Assembly (NCBI GenBank): GCA_964430375.1
Contig: CAYSEZ010000002.1
Coordinates: 3,591 to 37,952 of the forward strand
From: an uncultured Mycoplasma sp.
GTDB taxonomy: Bacteria > Bacillota_I > Bacilli_A > RF39 > UBA660
Length of the DNA stretch: 34,362 bases
Reading direction: 5' to 3'
Positions 27,053 through 34,362 of the stretch are shown one piece after another. Each line of letters opens with the position of its first letter. Within the stretch, counting starts at the first letter, position 1. The position numbers were made by a program, and so were the translations under genes. The notes beneath the pieces are model-generated. The model did not search any database, was not told the origin of the DNA, and saw only the letters and a list, made by a program, of their open reading frames with translations.

Positions 27053-27808
27053 ATGAAAGCATTAATAACTGGAGCTTCTTCTGGTATAGGAAAAGAAATG
27101 GCTAAGTATTTAAGTAGTTTGGGGTATGAACTTATTTTAGTAGCTAAAGAAAAAGAAAAGTTAGAAGAGGTAAGTAATAGTTTAAATACTAAGACTAAAG
27201 TAATAGTTTTGGATTTAAGTGACGAAAAAAGAGTAAAGGATTTATATTTGTTAACTAAGAATGATGATATTGATTTATTAATTAATAATGCAGGGTTTGG
27301 TTTATTTGGAGATTATAATGAAGTAGATTTAAAAACAGAACTTAATATGATAGATGTAAATATAAAAGCAGTACATCTACTTACTAGATTATTCTTAAAA
27401 GATATGATAAAAAAAGATAAAGGATATATCTTAAATGTTGCATCAATCGCAGGTTTATTTAAAGGGGGTCCTTTAATGAGTACTTATTATGCTACAAAGA
27501 GTTATGTAACTACTTTTAGTAATGCTATATATGAAGAATTAAGAAGAAATAAATCAAATGTAAAAATAAGTGTTTTATGTCCTGGACCTGTTAATACTAA
27601 CTTTAATAATGTTGCTAAAGTAGAATTTAATTTAAAATCATTAAGTCCTGAATATGTAGCAAAATATGCAATAGATAAAATGTTAGAAAATAAATTTATT
27701 ATAATACCTGGTACTACTAATAGACTTGGAGTATTCTTTTCTAGATTTTTACCTACTAAACTTTTGCTTAAAATTACATATAAAATGCAAGTAAGGAAAA
27801 GAGCATGA
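27053..27808 (+). CDS. Short-chain dehydrogenase/reductase (SDR) family oxidoreductase
   Basis: TGASSGIG, NNAG and YxxxK (YYATK) motifs. Confidence 0.8.
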   Translation: MKALITGASSGIGKEMAKYLSSLGYELILVAKEKEKLEEVSNSLNTKTKVIVLDLSDEKRVKDLYLLTKNDDIDLLINNAGFGLFGDYNEVDLKTELNMIDVNIKAVHLLTRLFLKDMIKKDKGYILNVASIAGLFKGGPLMSTYYATKSYVTTFSNAIYEELRRNKSNVKISVLCPGPVNTNFNNVAKVEFNLKSLSPEYVAKYAIDKMLENKFIIIPGTTNRLGVFFSRFLPTKLLLKITYKMQVRKRA

Positions 27809-28542
27809 GATATTTAATTACTTTTTCTTATGATGGTTCTTCTTTTGAGGGATTTCAAAGACAAAAGAATTTAAAAACAGTACAAGGTTCTATTGAAGAA
27901 GTTTTAACTAAACTAAATAAAAAGAAAGTTAATTTAATATCATCTGGTAGAACAGATAAGGGAGTACATGGAGTAGGTGCTAAAGCTCATTTTGATTTAG
28001 ATATTAATATAAGTTTATATAGTTTAAAAAAAGTATTAAATAAGGGTTTAAATGGAGAAATATATATAAAAGATATAGAAATAGTAGATAATAGTTTTCA
28101 TGCTAGATATAATGTTTATTCTAAAACATATAGTTATTATATAAATACTAATATGTATAATCCTATAGAAAGAAACTATATATATCAATATAATAAAAAA
28201 TTAGATATAGATAGAATGAAAGAAGCTTCTGTTTTATTAGAGGGTGAACATGATTTTAGGGGTTTTTGTTTTCAAAGTAAGGATAAAGAAAATACTATAA
28301 GAGAAATATATAATATATCTATAAATGAAAATAATGGTATTATAGAAATATCTATGACTGGGAATGGTTTTTTAAGAAAAATGGTTAGGAATATAGTAGG
28401 TACTTTAATAGAAATAGGTAGTTTTAATAAGGAAAAAGAAGAGATAAATAAGATATTAAATAGCAAGGGGTTATATCATAATAAGAAATGTGTTCCTGGT
28501 AGTGGATTGTATTTAAAAGAAGTTGTTTATAAAAAAAATTAA
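27805..28542 (+). CDS. truA: tRNA pseudouridine(38-40) synthase TruA
   Basis: Y.G..F.GFQRQ and GRTDKGVHG motifs. There is an ATGA overlap with the SDR gene. Confidence 0.88.
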   Translation: MRYLITFSYDGSSFEGFQRQKNLKTVQGSIEEVLTKLNKKKVNLISSGRTDKGVHGVGAKAHFDLDINISLYSLKKVLNKGLNGEIYIKDIEIVDNSFHARYNVYSKTYSYYINTNMYNPIERNYIYQYNKKLDIDRMKEASVLLEGEHDFRGFCFQSKDKENTIREIYNISINENNGIIEISMTGNGFLRKMVRNIVGTLIEIGSFNKEKEEINKILNSKGLYHNKKCVPGSGLYLKEVVYKKN

Positions 28543-28548
28543 AATAGG

Positions 28549-28578
28549 TACTTGCAAAAGTATCTTTTTTTTGATATG
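28549..28578 (+). terminator. Rho-independent terminator after truA
   Basis: The stem ggtactt-gcaa-aagtatc is followed by T8. Confidence 0.55.
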
Positions 28579-28607
28579 ATTAATACATAAAAATAGAAAA
28601 GGAGGAT

Positions 28608-28643
28608 ATGTGTAATAAAGTTTACACATTAATTGACAAATGA
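28608..28643 (+). CDS. 11-codon upstream ORF (MCNKVYTLIDK) with a strong SD. Its TGA overlaps the ATG at 28640 (ATGA).
   Basis: aaaaggagga lies 1-2 nt from the optimal spacing before the ATG at 28608. The stop at 28641-28643 overlaps the ATG at 28640-28642. Confidence 0.35.
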   Translation: MCNKVYTLIDK

Positions 28644-28684
28644 AAAGTGTAAAATTATGTAAAGCCGGGGGGGGGGTCTTATAA
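28640..28684 (+). CDS. Probable true N-terminus of the LRR surface protein (MKSVKLCKAGGG...). In this sequence the G10 tract puts it out of frame and it stops after 14 codons.
   Basis: With 9 (or 12) G the frame continues as ...GGGSYKQKLKKIFPVILLLLLITLVTGITYA into ORF 28719..32402. That restores a charged-then-hydrophobic signal like the one in the paralogue at 4210. Confidence 0.5.
   Translation: MKSVKLCKAGGGVL
28667..28676 (+). repeat. G10 homopolymer (candidate slipped-strand phase-variation tract)
   Basis: Ten consecutive G in a roughly 25% GC genome, located between the candidate ATG and the long open frame. Confidence 0.9.
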
Positions 28685-28718
28685 ACAAAAATTAAAAAAG
28701 ATCTTTCCTGTAATTCTA

Positions 28719-31700
28719 TTGTTATTACTTATTACATTAGTAACAGGTATAACATATGCGATATATAATGTAACATTAAATGGTGATTATAACTCTATAA
28801 CTACGGGACTTGTATCAATGAGTTATACAGAAAGTACTAATGTTATAAGTATAGAAGATGCATTACCGATGTCTGATGAAGAAGGAAAAGTAAGTAGTAA
28901 TTACTTTGATTTTAGTGTGACATCAAATTTATCTTTAGGACAAAATGATCCTAATACAACACTTAATTATTTAATAGAAATAGAGCCTTTGGTGCAGGCA
29001 CCTGGTTATTATTTAAATGAAAATGCAACAGAAGAACAGATAAATCAGTGTATAATAGATTTTTTAGATGCTATGGAAATTACTGAAGACAATGAGGAGT
29101 ATGAAGAAGATTATCTAATAGTTAAAGATTTATGTTCTGGACAACCTGTTGGAGAATTTGGTGGTTATTCATTACAAGATTTTGTGGATATTGCCAATGA
29201 CGATTCTTCTCTCTCTGATTATACCTTTGTTTCTATGTTATATTTGAGTATTGTGGAGCCATCTGGAGTAGTAAATGCTGTTCATGAATGGACAGCTAAG
29301 AAAAATCCAACAGAAGAAGAAATTAACAAATGTATTGCATGGGGATTAGAACAAAGTGGCACAACAGAAGAAGATGAAGATTATGAAGAAACATATTCTA
29401 ATAATAAAACACTTTGTTCTGGCGGAAAAGTTGATGGATATACTTTACAATTTGAGATAGATATGATTATGAAATATAATCCTGATGCAATTGATTTTAC
29501 TTCTTTAGCAGAAACAGGAATAATAGAAGGACAAAAAACTGAAGATGGACTTTATGCATTAAGAGATAATCAAATAAAAGTATATCTAGAAGATATAACA
29601 AATGATAGGGTTATTGTAAATTCAAAATTAGTTAGTAGTTTAAATAAACATGTATTATATAGTGCTAATCATGTTCATGAATATGGTACTGATAGTATAA
29701 CAACTAATTATAGATTAAGAGCATGGGTAGATTATGATACAGATGCATCTAATTGGAGTGAAACTAATAGATATGAATATAAGTTTAGAGTTAATATTAA
29801 TGGTGATGTAAAAAAAGAATCTTTAGTATGTTATACTACAGAACAAATAACAGATGATGATAGTAATGTGATAGGTGTTGCAATAACTGGATATAATGAA
29901 GCATGTGGAACTAATGTAGAAATACCTGAGACATATTCTTATGTACCAGTAGTAGCTTATAGTTTAGTAGAAAATCCAACACAAGAAGCTATAAATAATT
30001 GTACACTTGCGTTTTTAGAGTTAGATGATGAATTTATAACATATGCAAAAGCTTGGTGTAGCGGAAAAGAAATAGATGGTATGTCTCTAAAATTACTATA
30101 TTCCAGTTCCAGTACAACAGTGATAAATCTTTTAAAAGATACAGGTATGCTAGAACCTTTATATGGAGCAAAGGTAGTGGATTATCCAACAACTGAAGCA
30201 ATTAATAATTGTACAACAGCCTTTCTTGATTATGAAGGAATAACTGAAGGAGATAGCGAATATAAAGAAGCATATTCTGTTTATAATACAATATGTTCTG
30301 GAGGAACATATCAAGGAATGAGTTTAAATATGTTATTATCTAATTTAGAATATGCTGCTGTGTTTGTCCCTATATTAGCAAATACTGGTATTTTAGAATT
30401 TGGGCAAGCTTCAACAACAGAAACACAAACTTATCCGGTATTAGAAATAAGAGATTCTGCTTTTGAATCTAGTAATTTAACTAGTGTTAAAATTTCTAGT
30501 AGTGTAACTACAATAGGCTCTAAAGCATTTTATGATAATAAATTAACTACTATATCATTATCAGATAATGTAACAAGTGTAGGTGATGGAGCATTTACTA
30601 AAAATAGTTTACCTGAATCTATTGCATATATTTATGCTAGATCTGATAGTGATTCAGATGGAGTAGCAGAAATAAATAATACTAAATTAGTAAGTTATGG
30701 AGGAAATCAGACTGATTTTAATGTTCCTGATACGGTAACTACAATTGGAAATTATGCTTTTGATTATTCAAGTTTTTCTGATGATAAAATAGTTGAAGCT
30801 GAAATTAAAAGAAATTGTTTTACAACAAGTGGTAGTTCTATAACAGGTTATACATGTACTGATTTACAAAATGTAGTAATACCAGAAAAAATAGGTAATT
30901 ATTCGATAACAACAATAGGAAGCCAAGCTTTTTATCAAAAAAATTTAAAAAGTGCAAAAATTCCTGCGACTATAACATCTATTGATGATACAGCCTTTAT
31001 TTATAATTATTTTATAGATTTTATTGAAGTAGATAGTAATAATACAGTTTATGATAGTCGTGATAATTCTAAAGTATTGATAAAAACTTCAACTAATCAT
31101 TTAATGTATGGTTCTAATTTAGGGAAAGTACCTAATGGAGTTACATCTATAGGTGGGTTAGCATTTTTTATGATGAATTTGGAAGAAATTGAAATTCCAG
31201 AAGGTGTAACATCTGTAGGAGTTATGGCATTTTCTTATAATAATTTAAAAAGTATAAAAATACCTAGTACATTAACTTCGTTGGACTATAATGGCGTACT
31301 TGCTTTTGCCTTTAATCTTGATATAGAAAGTATAGTAATTGACCCTGGTAATACTGTGTATGATAGTAGAGATAATTCCAATGCAATAATTAAAACATCA
31401 ACAAATGAAATAATGTTAGGTTCAAATTCTACAATTATACCAAATACTGTGACAAGTATAGCATCAAGTGCTTTTGCAGATTTAAATTTAACTGAAATTG
31501 AAATCCCAGATAGTGTAATCACAATAGGATATCGTGCTTTTTCAGGTAATAATTTAGTTAATGTAACATTAGGAAAAAATGTTAAAACAATTGGAGACCG
31601 TGCTTTTAGGTATAATGATATAGTGTCTATTAATTTGCCATCAAGTTTAACCTCAATTGGAGCTTATGCATTTCAAGATAATAATATTGAAAGTGTAGTA

Positions 31701-32402
31701 ATTCCTAATAGTATAACTACAATAGGAAACTATGTGTTTGATGAAAATAATTTAAAAAGTGTTACTATTCCCTCTGGCGTGACTTCAATAGGAACCTATG
31801 CATTTGGAGATAATGAATTAACCAGCGTGGAAATTCCAAATACTGTAACAAGTATAGGAAACTATGCATTTTATAATAATAACTTAACTAGCGTAACAAT
31901 GTCTGATAATGTTACAACAATAGGAAGCGGTGCATTTCGTAATAATAGTTTAACAAGTATAACTTTACCAAGTAAATTAACTGCAATAAAAGATTCTTCA
32001 TTTTCTGGTAATAAATTAACAAGTGTAACTATTCCAAGTAGTGTAACTTCAATCGGTATAGATGCTTTTTATAATAATAAATTAACAAGCATAACAATTC
32101 CAAATAGTGTAACAACAATTGGAAACTATGCATTCCAATCTAATAGTTTAACTAGTCTAACACTAGGAAATGGCGTTACTTCAATAGGAAACTATGCATT
32201 CCAATCTAATAGTTTAACTGATGTAATAATACCAAGTAGTGTGACTTCAATTGGAGATAAAGCTTTCTATAATAATAAATTAACTAGTGTTAAAATAAAG
32301 GGTAAATCATCTTCTAGTGGGTTTACTACATATGGAACTAATATATGGGGATGGGCAAGTGGATATTCAGATTCTAATATAGTATGGAATTATACTGAAT
32401 AA
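28719..32402 (+). CDS. Large BspA-type leucine-rich-repeat (LRR_5-like) surface protein. It is a paralogue of 4210..6072 in its N-domain. The frame is open from 28644.
   Basis: It shares the TGITYA/YRLRAW N-domain with the 4210 gene. Four Cys-pair modules are present. About 25 repeats of the type IPxSVTSIGxxAFxxNxLTSV lie at about 30430-32290. The TTG start at 28719 has no SD. Confidence 0.8.
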   Translation: MLLLITLVTGITYAIYNVTLNGDYNSITTGLVSMSYTESTNVISIEDALPMSDEEGKVSSNYFDFSVTSNLSLGQNDPNTTLNYLIEIEPLVQAPGYYLNENATEEQINQCIIDFLDAMEITEDNEEYEEDYLIVKDLCSGQPVGEFGGYSLQDFVDIANDDSSLSDYTFVSMLYLSIVEPSGVVNAVHEWTAKKNPTEEEINKCIAWGLEQSGTTEEDEDYEETYSNNKTLCSGGKVDGYTLQFEIDMIMKYNPDAIDFTSLAETGIIEGQKTEDGLYALRDNQIKVYLEDITNDRVIVNSKLVSSLNKHVLYSANHVHEYGTDSITTNYRLRAWVDYDTDASNWSETNRYEYKFRVNINGDVKKESLVCYTTEQITDDDSNVIGVAITGYNEACGTNVEIPETYSYVPVVAYSLVENPTQEAINNCTLAFLELDDEFITYAKAWCSGKEIDGMSLKLLYSSSSTTVINLLKDTGMLEPLYGAKVVDYPTTEAINNCTTAFLDYEGITEGDSEYKEAYSVYNTICSGGTYQGMSLNMLLSNLEYAAVFVPILANTGILEFGQASTTETQTYPVLEIRDSAFESSNLTSVKISSSVTTIGSKAFYDNKLTTISLSDNVTSVGDGAFTKNSLPESIAYIYARSDSDSDGVAEINNTKLVSYGGNQTDFNVPDTVTTIGNYAFDYSSFSDDKIVEAEIKRNCFTTSGSSITGYTCTDLQNVVIPEKIGNYSITTIGSQAFYQKNLKSAKIPATITSIDDTAFIYNYFIDFIEVDSNNTVYDSRDNSKVLIKTSTNHLMYGSNLGKVPNGVTSIGGLAFFMMNLEEIEIPEGVTSVGVMAFSYNNLKSIKIPSTLTSLDYNGVLAFAFNLDIESIVIDPGNTVYDSRDNSNAIIKTSTNEIMLGSNSTIIPNTVTSIASSAFADLNLTEIEIPDSVITIGYRAFSGNNLVNVTLGKNVKTIGDRAFRYNDIVSINLPSSLTSIGAYAFQDNNIESVVIPNSITTIGNYVFDENNLKSVTIPSGVTSIGTYAFGDNELTSVEIPNTVTSIGNYAFYNNNLTSVTMSDNVTTIGSGAFRNNSLTSITLPSKLTAIKDSSFSGNKLTSVTIPSSVTSIGIDAFYNNKLTSITIPNSVTTIGNYAFQSNSLTSLTLGNGVTSIGNYAFQSNSLTDVIIPSSVTSIGDKAFYNNKLTSVKIKGKSSSSGFTTYGTNIWGWASGYSDSNIVWNYTE

Positions 32403-32417
32403 TATAAAGGAGATTTT

Positions 32418-32825
32418 ATGAAAAAGATAAATATTAAAAATAAAAAATTATTTGCTATTATAGGTATTGTTATAATACTTATAATTACTATATTAATTGT
32501 AGTGGTATCAAATAATAAAAAAGAATTAAAAGAACAAGAAGATAGTAATTTTACTATTGAAGAGTTAAATAAAAAAATATTTAATTCTTCTTATGAGTTA
32601 TATACTGATATGGATTCTGCATTACTTTTAAGTGGATTATTTACTAAAGTAATAAATAATAATAAAGAAGAGGATCATATTATAACAATTGTTTATAATA
32701 ATAAAGAGATAATTAAAGAAGAAGATATATTAAAAATAAAAGATAAAATTAAAAATAGTGATGATATTAATATATCATTAGAATATGACGCAGATGGTTA
32801 TGTAAATAAAGTTATATTTAATTAA
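32418..32825 (+). CDS. Small N-terminally anchored hypothetical protein
   Basis: A 135-aa ORF with an SD (aaaggagat) and a KKLFAIIGIVIILIITILIVVV anchor. It starts 15 nt after the LRR gene. Confidence 0.6.
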   Translation: MKKINIKNKKLFAIIGIVIILIITILIVVVSNNKKELKEQEDSNFTIEELNKKIFNSSYELYTDMDSALLLSGLFTKVINNNKEEDHIITIVYNNKEIIKEEDILKIKDKIKNSDDINISLEYDADGYVNKVIFN

Positions 32826-32828
32826 AAA

Positions 32829-32835
32829 GGGGGGG
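32829..32835 (+). repeat. G7 homopolymer immediately after the stop of ORF 32418..32825
   Basis: Read directly: aaaaagggggggttggg. Confidence 0.85.
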
Positions 32836-33175
32836 TTGGGAAATTAAGTAATTAAATTTCTTAACATCTTCTTTTTTATTTGCAAATATTTTACTATAAA
32901 AGAAAGATTATTTCTACCATTTTCTGAAAAAATGATTAAAGAATTTGAAAAAATCGATAAATTTATAAATTTATTAGAAAATTCAGGCGTTGGGGAATTA
33001 ATTATAGGTGATGATATAATAGCTCTTGTATGTCATGTAAGTTTAAAATATATAGAATAATAATGATAAAATAACACTATATTATTTATGTATTTGTGAA
33101 AAAATAGCAAAAATAATAAAAATAAGTATACTTTTTGGTGCTTTTAGTATATAATATATGTAGGAGGAGAGAAAA

Positions 33176-34362
33176 ATGCTTATAGAATTTAGTGTTAAGA
33201 ACTTTTTATCTTTTAAAAATAAAGTGACGTTATCTATGGAAAAAGGTAATGGTGATGAAAACTTAGATAATATAATATCTACTAATAATGTAGATTTACT
33301 TAAAACTGCTGCCATATATGGAGCAAATGCTTCAGGTAAATCAAATATATTAAAAGCTTTGACTTGTGCAATATTAATGGTTAGAAATTCTAGTTTAATA
33401 CCAGTTGGAGGTAAATGGACTTTTATAAAGCCATTCTTATTTGATAAAGTAAGTAAAAATAAGCCAAGTGAATTTGAATTTATATTTATAGCAAATAATG
33501 TTAAGTATAGATATTTCTTTAGTGTTGATGCAAATAGAGTTTATGATGAAGTATTAGATGCTTATTATAGTCAAAAGCCAACTAATATTTTTACAAGAAC
33601 TAAAACTAATACTTATGAATTTAATAATGATAAAAATAAATTAGAATCATTATCAACAAATAATACAGAAAATAAATTATTTTTATCAACTGCTACTACT
33701 TGGAATTATGATAAAACAAAAGATGCATATTTATGGTTTGCTAATTCTATAGATACTTATGATTCGTTTGATAACATAGCTGATAAAGATTTAATAGATT
33801 ATAGTAATGGTGATGAGAATTTAAAAGAATTTGCTTTAAAATTATTAAAAGAAGCAGATATACTTATAAAAAATATAACTGTTGATTATGAAGAAGAAAT
33901 GGATAGTACAATGATTGATATCTTAGTTCCACCACTTGCAAGAAATGGTGATAAATTTAAAATTAAAAATGTTAATATTGAACTTGAACATGAAGTTATA
34001 GATGATAGTAATAATAAATACACTTATAAATTAAATTTTACTGAAGAATCATCAGGAACAAGAGTGTTATTTGCGTTTGCCCCATTCTTAAAAAGAGCAT
34101 TTGAAACAACTAAGGTTATTGTAGTTGATGAACTAGAAAGAAGTATGCATCCTGCTTTAGTAGAGTTTATAGTTAAGTTATTTAATAATAAAGAAATTAA
34201 TAAAGCTAATAGCCAGTTGATATTTACAACACATGCTACGAACTTATTAAATTTAGAGTTATTAAGAAGAGACCAAATATGGTTTACAGAAAAAAATCCA
34301 GACAATGGAGTTTCAGATTTATATCCACTTGATTCGTTCTCAGTTAGAAAAGATGAAAATAT
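33176..34362 (+). CDS. AAA_21/ABC-type ATPase of the abortive-infection/defence-associated kind (partial; runs off the window end)
   Basis: The ATG follows aggaggag. The frame has no stop through nt 34362 (hand-translated). Motifs are Walker A GANASGKSN, signature-like ESSGTR, Walker B VIVVDELERSMHP, the H-loop region QLIFTTHATNLL and RRDQIWFTEKN. It is missing from the ORF track because it has no stop. Confidence 0.8.
   Translation, partial: MLIEFSVKNFLSFKNKVTLSMEKGNGDENLDNIISTNNVDLLKTAAIYGANASGKSNILKALTCAILMVRNSSLIPVGGKWTFIKPFLFDKVSKNKPSEFEFIFIANNVKYRYFFSVDANRVYDEVLDAYYSQKPTNIFTRTKTNTYEFNNDKNKLESLSTNNTENKLFLSTATTWNYDKTKDAYLWFANSIDTYDSFDNIADKDLIDYSNGDENLKEFALKLLKEADILIKNITVDYEEEMDSTMIDILVPPLARNGDKFKIKNVNIELEHEVIDDSNNKYTYKLNFTEESSGTRVLFAFAPFLKRAFETTKVIVVDELERSMHPALVEFIVKLFNNKEINKANSQLIFTTHATNLLNLELLRRDQIWFTEKNPDNGVSDLYPLDSFSVRKDEN

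Noticed and set aside
28641-28643. The in-frame TGA between the strong-SD ATG (28608) and the long LRR frame raises the possibility of an alternative genetic code (TGA=Trp or Gly), which would make one continuous gene.
   Set aside because: Conserved long genes (lepA, ponA, PBP2B) are intact under table 11, and all the Trp codons I checked are TGG. TGA serves as the terminal stop of lepB, the SDR gene and ORF 24133..24750. The poly-G frameshift explains the locus without recoding.
32932-33060. The 42-codon ORF MIKEFEKIDKFINLLENSGVGELIIGDD... might be a real small gene or a regulator of the ATPase.
   Set aside because: It has no SD and no recognisable motif, and it is flanked by non-coding AT-rich sequence. 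It is treated as a probable gene fragment and is mentioned only within a finding.

Overview
This is a very AT-rich (about 25% GC) window from a wall-bearing Bacillota-type chromosome that uses the standard code: TGG encodes Trp, and long conserved genes stay intact under table 11. Most of it is a housekeeping backbone: rnhC, cvpA, trxA, sepF, a DivIVA-domain gene, an LCP ligase, recU-ponA, lepA, hemW, rplS, lepB, a class B PBP, tRNA-Lys, rpmG, efp, two U32 peptidase-family genes, an SDR and truA. Four accessory or unusual loci stand out. (1) A 620-aa surface-protein gene (4210..6072) switches abruptly at its 3' end to a GC-rich, adenine-depleted block at about 5884-6000. All remaining adenines there sit in positions 1-2 of NNY codons, and GC-rich hairpins follow. 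This looks like the variable region of a diversity-generating retroelement target, but no template repeat or reverse transcriptase lies in the window. (2) The intergenic region 21255-22130 holds two tandem convergent modules that look like type I toxin-antitoxin pairs. Each has a 21- or 27-aa hydrophobic peptide gene with a sequestered Shine-Dalgarno and an antisense sRNA overlapping its 3' end, all with strong promoters. A third, orphan sRNA copy follows. (3) A paralogous BspA-type leucine-rich-repeat surface-protein gene of about 1250 aa is split from its likely ATG (28640) by a G10 homopolymer. This gives a candidate phase-variation switch, preceded by an ATGA-coupled 11-codon uORF. (4) An AAA_21/ABC-type ATPase of the abortive-infection/defence type is truncated by the window end. 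All protein family calls come from motif recognition by eye, with no database search.
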